A stretch of 64,000 bases of DNA, from NCBI GenBank assembly GCA_004764695.1, contig SMSO01000031.1, forward strand, positions 2,642,436-2,706,435, given 5' to 3'. The notes below the pieces were generated by a model. The model did no database searches, was not told where the DNA came from, and worked only from the letters and a program-made list of their open reading frames with translations. Position numbers and translations under genes: made by a program. This document shows positions 19,828-34,504 of the stretch, piece after piece (position 1 is the first letter of the stretch; each line of letters starts with the position of its first letter). This DNA is from Schizochytrium sp. TIO01. Its lineage: Eukaryota; Protista; Bigyra: Labyrinthulomycetes.

Positions 19828-22800
19828 AGATACAAAAATGAAAAAAAGAAACCTGACTACGCAAAAATAATTGAGTCCGTAGGGTTGCAGGTTCTTGCGC
19901 CGTCTGAGAAAACGTTTGCGCTATGATCCAGCATCCATTTTAGACGTGCAGTTTTTCGATTTGCACATAACAACTGCAGCTTGGTAAACATGTGCGCGCT
20001 TGGCTGCTCAAAGCACTCACAAGCCATACTATTGTGGTTGTGAGTCAGCCAAACCGATTGTCATACTGTGGCAAGTACCAGCTGCAATCTCCAAGCTCCA
20101 GTATTAGTCCAGGCACCGGGAGCGGCGTCCAACTTTATGCTGCCACGAATCTTGCCATTTCTTCACCTGCAAACATCCCTGATCGAATATTCACTTTCAG
20201 ATATGCGTGACCAGCTTACTCGCAGCTCTCCGTCCTCTTTCAATTCGTAAAGCCGAACAATCTATGGCTAGCAAAAGACGGCGTCTTATCTAGTTGTCTC
20301 GTACTACTAGTGTCATTACTAGTATAAATGTTCTGCTCCGAGATTGATGCGGACTGCCCCATCTTCCATCTGTAATAGACAACCAGAGATTTTTTGCTCT
20401 CCCCAATCCTCGTTAGTCCTGCCCTGCGCACGTGTTGGGTATAAACTGTCTGAGTCATTAATATGCAAGGCTTCGTTTACTACCAAGCCACGCTGGCAGA
20501 CTACCAGTAGCCATGATAGAGGCAATGCTTGTCTTGAGTGGCTGGGAATGTTCAACAAGTTGCAGAAGCAATAAAAAAGACTAAACCATACGATGGAGAT
20601 TGTTCTCCTATGTATACTGCTGGCAGAGGAAGAAAGAGGTCGATGATGGGTGCGACATACCAAGTCGTCTCTTCGTAAGTGAATCTATGTTCAATGTAGG
20701 AGCGAGACTGAGATTAGATTTTTTAGCCTGCCAACTGCTGAACGATTCAGTAGTAGAAAGAGGAACTCCATGGCGACGAAGTTCTCCAGGTCTTTTTAAT
20801 TTTTTGGTGGGGCCTAATAATTGACGCCAGGTCGAAATTAAAACTAGTTCTATTTCAAGTAACATTCTAAATTTTTACACTATCGTCAAAGTGCATTATG
20901 GAAGTCAACCTTTGCGACGTGGCAGTCGCTAAATAGCTTTTAGATATTACTATTGCTTTTTCAAGTAAAAGTAAATAAGAAAAATGGCATAAAAAGAATA
21001 AAATAATCGACTGAATAGAAGGAAAGAGGGCGCAAGCCTGTTTTATGATGTAAAACAAAATTCAGTTTTCGAGATGTCTAAAGACATGAAAATGATTATT
21101 TAATTAAAATGTTTATTTAAAAACAAAATCTAAATCCAGTGCTCTTTAGAAGAAACAGAGTTTGAGTTGCTATCTATTCTCTTTTTTCATTTGCATATTT
21201 CAAATCCCAAATTCGAAAAAATAAACACACTCTCTGTTAAAAGGTAAAAGGTTCAATTTCCTAGCTAGGGTAAAATTCAAATCAGAATAATCATCACCTA
21301 ATATATAATAAGTAAGCATTATTATCATGATTCTATAGAATTGGATACCCATCCTTTTCTTCTAATCATGTTTATTTAGCTCTAGCTAAAGAACTGCGCG
21401 CTGGTACTACTAACCTAAGAAATCATTTGTAAGTCCTGCGTTATTGGAGATCCACATATGCGTCTAATGAACAGATGAAACGAATCCATCTCAGTAAACA
21501 TTAAAGTCAAAGCATATTAGTTATGACGTATGTAAAGGATGAGCGAAGTAAATTCAAGAGAAACTAGAAAAGTATAACCGGCTCGCAGAGCTTATATTCA
21601 TGTGCTGAGACCTTGCGTTATTGTCTAGTCCATGCAACTCGACGATGCATTGTTGATTACAAAGGACTCCAAAGTGTTTTCACCTCATCTCATTATACTT
21701 TCCACATAGGTATTGATAACGTATTGCCTTTCCATCTCCTTAATCAGGGCCAATCAATTTAAATCTTTCGCTTGGGTAAAAACTCAACCCAGGACAATCA
21801 GTCAATGTTTGCCTTTCAGCCTATCTTTGTTTTGTACCCTCCTTGAATAATTAGTGGTACATGTGTTGCCTTTACATTATTATCAATAATGTTGAAAGAA
21901 TTGATAGAAGTAATCTCCGTGCGAGTGAAAGTGACTGTTAAAGTTGAGCAATCAAGCGATCACGCTAATTTTGATTACCAGAAGAGTGCCTTCTCCTATG
22001 GAAATATCCTATGGAGATTTTATGCCAGCAGAAAGCTGGAAGCAGGAGGACTATTTAGTTGTGCACACACCATGGCCTTCAAGGTCTCCTGCACACGACA
22101 TGCAGCAATTTCGTCCTTACTTCTGTAAGAGCTCGTTCCTGGCCACACTCAAAGAGCCTGGGGCGGTCCGTCGTCGTCTGCGATCAATCAGCTTATCTCT
22201 CCACCTATCTTACTCTTTTGCCCCTCAAATATCTTCCCGACTGAAATCTGGAAAAACTAAAAACAAAAAAACACAAAAAATCAACATAACGAAAGAAAGA
22301 AAGAAAAGCTGCACTTAATATCTTGAAAAGGCTCAAGGGGCTAGAGTAAGTGATGAAAGAATGTCTGAAGGAATTGGTCCTATCAAGCCTTCTGTTACTT
22401 CGCAGGGATTATTTTGGAGAATATATTTTATCTTTCTTCTTGTTCAATACAAGAAGGGAGGGAGTTCTCTTTTTCCATATATCCGAGCCATCAACACAAA
22501 GGTAAAAAGGGATGCTTCTGAGCCATTTAAAAGAATACTCCATCCTGCGCCAATGTCTACAACATTTTAGTTGGCCAATCAAAGTTTATACTTACTCACC
22601 GCTCAAAAGATGAAAGACGGCATCCAGCGCAGTAAAATGACTCGGCAAGTGACGTCTCACTCTTTTGTTGTCTTTTACAGATGTAGTCTGTTCATCTTTT
22701 GTAAAACGACATGCAAACTAGGACGACCAAGCGGTAAGCACTATTTCTCTTCTTTTTAGGGGTACCATGGTAGAGTATTCTAATACAAAATCTTGGGACC

Positions 22801-23187
22801 AAATCGATCGCTTGATCAACGTCCAAACGACGAACACCGTGTCACCATGTGCACACAAGTTTGAAAATGTTTTCGTAATTAGTTATATTTTAGGGCAAAC
22901 AGTTGCAAAGGATTAATTCACGAATAAAAAAGGTTCAAATCAAGATATTCACTACTTACTCATTTAATTCTGAAAAAATAAATCTAATTGATTAATAGAT
23001 AAGAAATGTTGAAGCATACCCACCTTGGCATTTAATGGTGCAGAGTTTAGCTATATGCTATTCATTAGAAACTTTTTGTTTTTAAAGACATGAGATAAAG
23101 CGAGCAGCGGGTTTTCCATTTATACTTTGGACTACCAAGATTACAATTTATTATATCTTTAAAGAAAACCGGAGTAGTTTGTTTTAT

Positions 23188-23231
23188 AAGAAAAGAAAAG
23201 AAAAGGAAAGAAAAGGAAAGGAAAGGAAAAA
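23188..23231 (+). repeat. (GAAAA/GGAAA)n purine microsatellite
   Basis: aagaaaagaaaagaaaaggaaagaaaaggaaaggaaaggaaaaa read directly. Confidence 0.9.
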
Positions 23232-26200
23232 GACCCTGCTACCAAACTGCTAGCAAGTGTTTAGCTAACACATAGATAATAATGGATGGCTGCGCTAACT
23301 GCGCTACGGTACTGCTTTAACTAATTTCTACTTACTAGTGCCTTATCTAGATTCGGCCCTTTTAAAAAAATATAACTGTATTTTTTTGGCCTATGCACAA
23401 TGAGGAATTGCATTGAAACTTGGTACAGCACAACATACTACTTTCCTAAGTACACAAGGAAAGTGATGTATTAACGACAATGTTTTTCTTGTCCGTACGC
23501 AACCTCTTTGCTAGAGGCGCTCCTCTATCTATCCTTTTACTTGATGCAACTCAAATCAAGTTAGTATGTACAGACCCAGTGAAATCGTTTTCCCTTCATA
23601 TTTCCATATTTCATCTGCGGTGTACTTCTGTGAATAGTATGAGTGTGATATAAAAGGTCTCATCAAGACCATTTGACGACGTGTACATGCAAAGCTGGTG
23701 ATAGCCTTCAATTTGAAAGTCAGCAACTCTGATTACTGCTATTGAGCCTGCGAGAGGAGAGAGTGTTGGCGTATAATAGATCAGTATCATACTATGGATA
23801 TTTCGAAGCTTTGCCTCACATTTATTTACTAACTATCTTTACAACCATACTTCAAACGTCTGTGTATCATACATAATACACGCTACTGATTGGAGTGTCT
23901 TTTCCCGTGCTCACCCTTGGACAATATGTCCATGCAAGTATGAACCCATTGGTAGTAATTCCGTAGTTTAAAGTATATTCCAAGGAAAACTGATCTTGCT
24001 TTCTCAGGACTAGCATTGGGTATCCAAGACTTGGGTTAGTTAGTGTGTTATAAGTATTAATCCATCAATTAAAATGGAAGCCTAAGCCAATGAAACTGTT
24101 TGCAGAGCACAACTTTATGGCTACTAGAACAAACAGATAAAAGTAGAACATTGCATGCATCCCTCCAAGCAGACTATTTCTTCTAAATTTGAATATTGAT
24201 TCTAACAGCCATTAAAACCTCCATTTCCAAAAGGAGATTTCTAACGAGAGATGTGAGAATATCAGAGCTATTGTGGGGCTCAAGTCTTAAAAGAATGAAG
24301 AGATGAAATGAAAGGATGCCGCATCATGGCATGTTAACATAGGTACTGCGACTGTGCAAACAACTGTAAACTTCCCGCCGATAGGCCTACTCCGCCATGG
24401 TAAACAACTGCAGGCAAAGAGAAACAAAGAACAAACATCTGAATGCCTATTATGCCCATACAATTGTAGAATTAAAAAATGAAAAAAATAAATAAAAATT
24501 ATACGATGTCTCAAGCACACTTATACAAGGCTAAGGCTGGCATGCTATTTGCAACTTGACTGTCGCATTCCTGCGACAAGCAACCAAGATGACTCATACG
24601 CTTCCAGCCGTCAACAGAAGTGGCCGAGCAGAAGACCACCACTCACATACATCCCCTTCTATCAATCTGTGAAATACAAGCCTGTAATGACTGGTACGCA
24701 AAGGTTATGCGCCGAAAGGCGATCATGTCACAATTACCATTTCTTTACAGTGTAAGTCTAACACTGCGTATTTACGTTAGGCCTATTATGTTTAAAGTTT
24801 CATCAAATTTATGTAGGCGGTCATACGCGATCATTCAAAACCAAAGAACAGGAGTCAAATTTTCACTTTTGAAGTTCGACTACTATTCTCTATCTCAGTT
24901 TATGCCTCATAACCTATAAGGAGAATCTCTGGGAGGCAGTAAATGTTCTTCAGAGTTTGCAACAGCCGATTTGAAAAAAGTAACTAAAATAATCCATTCT
25001 GTAGGGCCGTTAATGCTTTAATTAAAATACAACTTTTAAAAAACAAAAAGCACTACTGTTTAATACTGCAGAGGAGTAAAAAAGAATAAGAAAGGTTGGC
25101 ACTTCCTCCCGGCGAATGCTCTGCTTCCAAAAGCATTGGACCTTCACTAATCGAACAACATTGAAAAAGGTTTTTAACTTTAAAAAGAAACATCGCACAT
25201 TTAAACTCTCAAACTGAACTGCGCGGCCATGCAAAAAAAATTAAATAAAAAAATGGTCGACGTAAATTAAAAATAGTTTTACTTTCAGCTATTTGAAAAC
25301 AGTAAGAAAAGTAAAATTATTGCATAACTATCTAAAACAAACAATTTTTAAAAGTGTTTTAGGCTTTATTTGGAACTGATTTTCTACAACTCCAACTAAA
25401 ACGCGGCAAAAAAACAGAAAGGGTGGCGCGGGGCTACAAGAAAGTTGTATACGTGATTGCAGGAATTTTGAATAAGAGTATAAATTTTAAATGAAAAGAG
25501 ATTTTGACCAGTTTTGAAGAATCGGAGGAAGCGCCACCAGCAGTGTGAGGCTTTTCGGGGCAGCACCATACCATCGACTAATTGACTTTAAATAAAACGA
25601 TGTTACAGATGGGAGCGGAGTGTTGCAAAAAAGGTTGAGAGGAGAATAGTTCGTTCCATTAATTCGTTTATCTTCTTGCAGAAAAGAATATAATAAACTG
25701 CGAGCTATCTGATACGTTTCTGTGGCTGAATGTAATTAATACTCTTATTAGGTAGATGTAGGAAAGGTAAATTCACCACATGGTATATATGGTCTCATCA
25801 TTCATCACAGAACCAGTAACCTAGTAGTCAGCACGCCGCTAATCAATTTGTACTATTGCTGCCAACTTTTCCCTAAAACTTCGTTGCAAGGTAGCTTTGT
25901 TTAGGGACGCTTCAATATTGCGTAAACTGCATTCGTTTGAGTAGCAGCTTTCAGCGACCGTAGTGGTCCCATGATAGAGCACACATATTGTGCGCGCGCC
26001 GCCTTTGGAGTTCCAGGCAATGATTAGAATAAATTAGCTGAAGCCAAATGAAGTTTGTTCTTCTCTAGAGCCTAACACTCTTTTGACATTTATTGAAAGC
26101 AAAGCTTTTAGAAAAGTGGAGATTTTGATGATTCCTAAAGTCTTGGAATTTAAAGTTTCGATTGATTTTGACATATAGAGAACTGCCCTTTGAATTTCCT

Positions 26201-29200
26201 GGAGGTTTAATAATGATAGTTTCCTACTACACAATCAGACAGCAATGCAGAGACTCGATTAAATTGTCTGATAGGTACGATTTAAAATTTTAAAGAAAAA
26301 GAAGTAGCAAGTATACTAGTATACTACATGAGCTAGAACAACAAAGCCACCAATTCATAAACTATGCAGCTCTTTATATTCGAGATGATAAATATTTGGA
26401 ATCATTTGTATTCAAGATAAAAGCCTTCGCTTCTTATATCTACAATATAAACTCGATTCCAACGAATTTAATAAAGGGATCGTCCAGTTTGTATTGATGG
26501 ACTTTTATTGCATCTGTTGAAATAACATGCTTTGGAGAGATGATTTCAACCTCTGCTTTGTTTCTTGATCTTTGTATTTTCACAGCTGCAACTGTGATAT
26601 TAACATATTCGAGAATTTGTTCAAGCACCAACACGCTTAGGTGGTCGGTTTCCTTCGTCTTTTTCATATTCAAACAAATGATGATGTAGCGGCTGGAATC
26701 AAGGCGCCAGTAAATACGGTTTTACCATAGGCTTTGGATACCTTCTAGTACAGATAGTAGACTACGGGTGCCCCGTTTCAATCGAACCTTAGTGTAGTAC
26801 TAGCTTAATTATAATTATGGTTGTGGTAGCAGTTGCTCTTCGGAGGAGGCTCCGCAGCATCTCTGGCGATTATGGCAATGCTACGATAAATTTCATTCAA
26901 GACAAGCCTGTAAGGTAAGGAGAAGAGATGTCTGGATGAACTGCGCAGGAGCTCAATTTGATGGTCTCTTCTGAGCAGAGTATTTATTATTTATTATTTT
27001 GAGTTTAAAACATGAAATAAGAGAATCAAACAAATATTATATTTTGATAAGGACATTGCTTTTTCGCCTTTTCTTTGGGACCATTCAACGTGAAACTCAG
27101 ACCATTCAACGTGGTCCAGAAACTGAAGTAGTATCGTTTTTGAAAGCATATATATTTGGTAGAGTTACCGTCGTACTGATTCGATATTTTTTACGAGAGG
27201 AGAAAAACTTGAATTTCTAGAGATACACATTGTGGTGGGTGCGTCCATGGCCTGTTACCTATTACCTACCTTTGATGATCAACTCTCTCTATAGATTATG
27301 CTTTGCGCATGTTCTTTCTGCGAGCTTCAAGCACTGCACTGCCCATTTTTATTTTGGAAAAGGAGGGGTGCTGTTGTGGTCGGAGCCTCGGAGGCATGGA
27401 TTCAAATGTAGAGTGCCGTTTAATTTAAACAACTTGGTGGAGCGTAGTGGTTGGTTTCAGCGTCCCAGGCGGCTGGTGATTGACATAGCAATCCAGAGAG
27501 CAGTGTAATTTTATAGATATGCCTATGGCGATTTAGCAGTAATGGCCAATAGTAGATAAGGTGCAATTCTGATTATGTTGCTTGTAACGTTACTGCTGTT
27601 TCAAGGCGAGCTTATTATCAGGAACCACTTTCTAAGTTGCCCAGCTTCAAAGACCCAGGGCAATTTACACTTCTGAAGGTGACTCTACAAATGCCTCGAA
27701 GGGACGCACCTGGACGGGTTGCGATAGTTCCTTGAGTGGCTGGGCTGACCTCATGCTCGCAAGTCATATCCCCCTTGACTTTCTGCAGAGAATTCGAAGA
27801 ACTAAAAGTTCCAAATGAGTCATTGCTCCAACCAACTTGAAGGGTATGATCTGCGACTAAAGAAGTCCTTTGGCCGGCACATAGCCTAGTTTTCTACTGA
27901 CGATGTACTATTTTAGTCAATGGTGCTTAAGACATCTCTCTTCTCTAGTGTATAGGAGATGAATTTAGATTATATTTGTGACAACAAGACCATGCGGGGC
28001 TGTCTCTGCCGCGAAGTCGAGTTAACCCGTAATAAGCCATGCGCAGAAAATACGACGTGCAGGTGATCTGCAATGGACGATACATATCGGATAAACATTT
28101 TTCACTGTGGTATTCACGATAGAATGGCGCATAAAAAGAAAGGAAAAAAGCACTACTGACCTAAGTCCGATAGTCCATTCAAGTTCGCACTTCATAAATT
28201 CATAAATCTTTAAAAATGAAGAACATTTTCGGTGAAAGGAATCAATAGTGCGCCAAGAGACTGGCCGATTGGTCAAATCGATACATTTTATTTCCTTTCG
28301 TCGCGCTATGTAGCGGTATCACATAAGTTACACAACATACCTTGTGCGAGTGCACAGGATGATGCGGATATTGTCGGTTACGAGTTCCCGATAGAATGGA
28401 ATTCTCTCTTCAAGAACTTTCTCTGACGGTGCGCTTGAAGTTCAAGTTTCAAAGCATTTGACTGCTTTATATTGAGTTGGTAGTAGGTATCTAAGCTTTA
28501 CATACAAGTACGGTAGGACCTAGGTATGTCTGGTTTGCTTGATCAGTTGGAAAAGTTTGTTGAAACTACATCACGACAAAATTGTATAAAAGATCCTGCA
28601 ACGCCGAACGTGCAACTTGAACCAGGTGGCTTCGGGCACTCAGCCAAACTTTGCTTTCCAAACAATGTCCTTTGAGGATCTCCATTCCTTGGCCTGACCT
28701 ATAGCTTCCGATGTGTGTTATACCGTCAAGACCTCCAAGCACTTGATGACAATGCTTAAAATGAAGAAATTAATATTTAGAAAATAGAGAAAGAAGGGAA
28801 ATGAGAGATCTAAACAACCAGGTTTTTTTTGTTTGTTTTTTCAATTTTGATTAATTAATTAAATATTAATACAAAAAATTACAGAAGAAAAGAAGATATG
28901 TCTATTTTAATTTAAAAAATATTTTATATTCACTTATAAGGCCATTTTCAATATCAACATGATCTACCCTGTTTACAATCAGCGGGGGGTGGAGAGAGCC
29001 AAGGCGCAGTCCGGTGACAGAAGTGCGCACTCCCCAGGGTCATAAGGACTACTATAAGTCGAAGGCAAGGTATCTTGAATCGCAGTTTGCCTCATGGAAG
29101 AAGCACTTTAAAGACAATAACTTTCCCCCTCATTATAGAATAACATCCTTCCCTGACCGTAGGGAAGAAATAAAAACCAAAGAAAAGAAGCTCCTCCAAG

Positions 29201-29942
29201 GAATGGTCGCAAGGAGAACCCGTATCGGCTTTTAAGGTCAGGTAGGATTCCAGTGATAGCTCATACTGATCTTAGGCAGTATGTTCTACTGGGAAGGAAA
29301 CAGTCAATGCGTGGCGATCTTCACTGGGCCGCCAGGAAATATTCAGGCTGCTGGTCCCGTCTTTGCAGAGCTCGATGCAAAACGCTTTTCTCCCTTGGCA
29401 TAACCGTTCGGACGTGAGCGGCACTACGAAATAGTTGATTTCCCTGTTTTGGCGGGATGCCCCTGTCGCAACACGCTCTCTAAGATGCATCATACTCATT
29501 TTGTTTCTTTAATGTTGGTGTTTAGCAGATTATACCGAGGATCAGCAAATATTTGCTTGCATCACGCAGGTTTGAAAAGAGGCGCGCAGGATCTTATCCA
29601 GTTCGTCAACTAAGAGAAAAACCATCTGCTAACTCCAAAGGTGTCCATCTATGAATAAACTGTAAAATTGAGGACGGCCGCATCATTAGCAGCTGAGATC
29701 CTGCTTCGGACCTTTTCTTGTTTCTGGTTATTGCGGGAATGTTACGAGTTTAGTCTAGCTCTTTTCAGTATATATAACCAGACCTCCCGAGGAGCGCACG
29801 CACCTTTTCGAAAGGGCATGGTACCTGGAAGTGCTGATGGCCTTTCAATTAATTTTGACTCTGCCAAGAAGAATTTGGCTTTTTGCTTCAAAAGACCATG
29901 TATTTACTAGTCAAATACACTGCAATGTTTAATTCATAATCT

Positions 29943-29962
29943 CCCCCCCCCCCCCCCCCCCC
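29943..29962 (+). repeat. C20 homopolymer (G20 on the minus strand)
   Basis: 20 consecutive C, followed by an A-rich tract. Confidence 0.95.
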
Positions 29963-32900
29963 GAAAAAAGAAAGAATAGAATATAAAAGAGAAGAGAACG
30001 CGTCTTATAAAATACGGCTATCTTGGGAAAGCTATTTTCATAGCAACAACTTGAATGAAAATATCATTTGCGGTTTCAAAGACTATTTACAACTTCTTGC
30101 AATGTGCTTCTTTAAAAAATGAATTGACAAATGAAAAGACAATTTCAAAAAAGCATAGAAATATTAGTCACAGGATTAAGTGAATAATAGTCAGGTTGTT
30201 TAAGAACCAGCCTTTACGCAAACTCAACGCTTTGTTTTATGATGGAAAGACCCATGAAAATATCAGTAACCTGCATGTACGTATTGCGATGGTTTATCGA
30301 GTATCGTTTCCCAATTTTGGCGAATGAAGGATAGGCCTAGGCATTTAAATTTCAATAAAATATTCAATGACAGAGGGAGTATATTCGAACATGATTTCAA
30401 CTATTCTATTAAGCAGCTTATGTTCCTCGATCACTTTAACCTTCGCCAAAAAAAAAAGTAACCTAGAACTTGATAACTGTTAAAATTGAATCATTAATCA
30501 TAAGAAACCATAGCATCTCAACGAGCTTGAGTATGGAGATATCTTTTTAAATAAGGAACATCATTTTCAAGTATAGAATGATTTATCTTAATCTATACAG
30601 TTTCTATTTTCTCCAGAAAATAATCATTTATAGTCAGTCAGTCTGGTGACCTAGGATGTTTTCAAGAATGGAATTAATATATGATCAATTTTGGAGATGT
30701 TCCAGTAAAAATAACCAATATCAATAATGACTATCTTTTTGGCTTCAACAATGGAGTGGTGATCAACATTACTTTCTTTTCCACTCTCAAATTGGTGGGC
30801 TTCTGAGCATGCCTAGTAGCAAAAGAAATAAGGAATTCAATCGCGTTCAATGATTGAAACAGGCAAAGCATGGCAGGAGGGGTTGCAAAATTTGATCTTA
30901 AAAAGTCACCCCTCTTTACAGACACATAGAACTTTTAAAAGAAAAAATGTTATCTGTGGGAAACGACGAACCCAAATTTGCGATTTAGCAAGTTCTCGCA
31001 TGATCCTGAGGCATTGGAGTAGCACCAGGATTATTTTTTACAAACAATTTGAGAGCTTGGCCTATTGTCTATTGACTACCTCTCACACGAGCGAGAAATT
31101 ACCTAGCATCTAAATATTTTAAAACGAAATACACAAGAAAAGAGAGTAAGGAGAATTAACAAACATAGGTAGTAAAGAACTCCTACCTACTTCTTAAATG
31201 ACATTTTATTCTAATTTAAAGACCCACCAACATGCTTTGATGATGGGTGCTGGATTGCTTGATGGGATTCAGTATATTCCATGAAGTTTGGAAATGTGTT
31301 ATATCTTTTTAATTGGAAATGGCGAAGAATGCAGCAGCTCAGTTGTGAAGCGTGGTGTGAAAGGCTGGTTCTCTGGGGTTTGCCGTGTTTGTAGGGCATG
31401 TTGTTCAGATTTAGCGGAGGCCAGCGTAGCAGTGGCAAAGCTTATGATCAGGGGGTTTCCCTTTCCCACCGTGACCACAATTATGAATGACAATATTCCA
31501 ACGAAGTGCAAAGCCTCTGCACGCGACGTGCAGCGAATTTAAGCTGGCGTTGTTGTCCAAGTCAGTCCTGGCTCTGGAACCGGTCTGCTCTGCTTCTTTA
31601 CCACAGGGAGGGAGCCTAGAGCGCAGGACTCCAGCTCACTGCAAGTTAGACTTCCGCAGCAAACCACAGTAAAATAATCCTTACCCGCAACTCCGGGAAC
31701 ACGATGATCCTAGGTTTCAAGCTCTTTACCTGCCAAATATCACTGCAAGCGAGAAACACCCCATCTGTGAAGTATGCATACTCACAGGACGCCTAAGGTC
31801 CTGGGTGCCGCTTAAACTTGCCTTCAAGCCGGAACTTTCCTTCACCAGCCCCTATCATTTCAAAGATGCTAGCCGAGCCTCCACGAGAGGCCATCTATGT
31901 CGATACCGCAGCTAAAGGACGACGCTGAAACAAGCTAAGAATTAGAAGGAAGGTCCAATGGTGAAAGAGTGGTCTTTCCTCCAGCTATGATCAATTCTGT
32001 CCACGATCATTAGGTGACGTGAATCACAACTTGGAGCCACGGGAGCAGAAGAATTGAGCCTGGGTTAGCTTTTCGAGGAGTTGGGAGGACTTGTTTTGTG
32101 CGCTTGAGCGAATTAAGGAAAGAGATGTGAAGTTGCAAAATAATCAATAGTTCAAAAGGACAGAGCTGTTAGTTCCGGCTTTGAGATTGAAAATTCCGAG
32201 GAATTGATTGCAAGCAAGCAGGCAATTGAATGAATACTGAGTTCTCCTTCGCACTCTAAAAGGCAGACTCGAACGAGCAAGCTCTGGTTTCACTCGATTA
32301 CCAGTTGTCCTCTTTACTTTCGATATATTTAGAAACAAAAAAAGGTACTACGGTAGTATTTACAATACATTGTTTAGAAGAGTATGACGCCGCACTTTTG
32401 GCAGGGTCATCTGCGTAGTCCCGAATATGCTAGCTGCGATCGTGCTCCAATCATCCAAGCAGATTAGAGTATTAATCGAGCAGATGATTCGATGAATCGA
32501 TGAATAGACAGATGGATGGTAACTAGACCTGGCGGATGGATTGGTGAAGAAACACATTCTGGGGAATCTTTCAGAAGTATTTGGCAGAGGGAACCTTTCG
32601 TGGTTTTCGTGGGAACGAGTGCGTGATAACACCTTACTCCTATCGTAATCTGATTTTTTCTATTTATTTCCTTGAAAAAAATTGTTGCTAGAAATAAAAG
32701 TAGAGTTTCTTTTAGAGAAACCCAACTGCTTGTTTGGCCCAAACGTAATTTCCAAGCTATAAATGGAATGTAAGCTAAGGCAACCTTGATTGTTTTCAAC
32801 TTCTTAGTGCTTGGCGTTGTTGCATAAGCATGGCAGTATCGAACAACGCGCAGTCTTTGTCAGCTGATAAAGATGAGTTATGATTCCAACCCCACGAGTA

Positions 32901-34504
32901 ATAAATTGAGTTGAGACCCCCAAGTTGAGCATTGATTGCTGCCTTTGTGAAGTTTTGCTGAGTTACATAAAGTTACGGTGGTAATTAGGTATGTAGGTTA
33001 GTACTTCCTACCTACCTTGAGGAGCGGGAAGAATACTTATTTGCTAGTAAACGAAAGAGAGAAAATCTCCCCTCTCGATACGACGATATTTTGGATCATG
33101 CGAGGAAGCGAAAAGAAGTCTTTCTCGAAGGGCATGATTGGGAAGCTTGCATGGGCATAACAGGCTTTCCTGCTCCATGAGGGCAGCAAGTAGAAAATCA
33201 AAAATTATATTCTATTGGGTGTTTCCCTTTAAAGGTGAGGTGATGAAAGCCATCATGGTATGTCGATATGAGTGGGGACTAATTTAACGAGGTTGTTTTG
33301 AGTCGAATGACAAATTTGGCGAAATAAAACACCTGAATATTTGCTATTGCTAGCTTCATTAATTTCATCTTTAAAATGTCTTGGTCGTATAAAGCTTCGG
33401 AAATATAGTTTTGAACGGTTAGCTCTTGAAAATGTGCATGATGAAATGGAGGCAATTGATTCCGGTCCTCATGAACTCTGTCAGCCATTAAAAACGTAGC
33501 GCAACAGTTATTTACATGTTACTGTTTAGGATGGCGCTCCTACTACTCCTCCTATCAATTTTTTACTTGGAAATAAATTATTACTACTACATTAATTTTG
33601 TTAAAAAAAATAAATAAAAATAAATAAAAGAGTTTAGAAGGAAAAAAATCATCGATGAAAATAATTTCCCGTATTGATGAAAGAGCCCTAGATGGTGTAA
33701 AGAAAGAAAAGACGGCAATCCCAAGAAGAAACAAATGAATCGTTGAGGGAAGAACAAACATACGAAACTGCGACATGAAGAAATTCTGATGTTTCTGAAG
33801 AGAACTACGCTACATTGCTAAACTACTCTTTTCCTAGTGCTCTATCATGTACCTTGCATGATGGACAGTTCTCTTTGAAGACACAAAGTCCAGTAGGTTT
33901 TATTTTTTTATGAATTTAAAAAGAAAGAAAGAAAATACAAGTAAACCGAGGCAATGAGATGATGCGCGAAGGCTTTGGAAGCGCATATCAAGGCAGAAAA
34001 TTGCAATGGAAATTAGTTGGTCAAATGTTTGCTCAAAGGAGACTCTTCACACACACCTCTTGCAGCTGGATTTAAATAATAAAATATATCGATCAGCAAT
34101 TCCAAATCACTACTGCACTCTAGTAAGTATTTCAGTCATCCTAGTGCTAACAGGACAACCAAAGCCTTGAGAACACAGCTACGCCATGCTCAATTCATGC
34201 AAACGATTCTCCAATTCGTATTTTAAATGATAAGACTCATGTATTATCAGTGCCTCGACCATTGCACTGCCAGTTATGGTGCTAGCAGTTCTTCCAAGCT
34301 GCCAATTGGTTCGAGGTTTCATGCCCAAGTTTATGAAACTCTGCCGGACAACCATCCAATCCTAGAGTAGTGAATTTCTGTGCCCACTGAGACTTATGTC
34401 TGTATCTATTGATTAGGGTTCTCCGAGTTAGCTGCTGCCAGCGTCGCATTAGTTTAGTAATGTGATATGATTTATCTCAAAAACTTTTTATGAGCCAAGC
34501 CAGC

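Noticed and set aside
26440-26673. 77-aa minus ORF containing VAAVKIQR (IQ-like)
   Set aside because: Single partial motif, non-ATG start, no further IQ repeats; chance or a tiny remnant.
27079-27113. gaccattcaacgtg repeated twice at 21-bp period (also cgcaaagaaagca x2 at ~44190)
   Set aside because: Simple local tandem duplications with only two units; not CRISPR-like.
27430-27500. ggtggagcgtagtggttgg, resembling a tRNA 5' half/A-box
   Set aside because: No T-loop GTTCRA at the right distance and no acceptor-stem pairing. No tRNA or rRNA was recognised anywhere in the window.
29014-29235. TPQGHKDYYK, reminiscent of the translational GTPase DxPGHxDY motif
   Set aside because: Lacks the Asp and all other G-boxes; short ORF with a GTG start.
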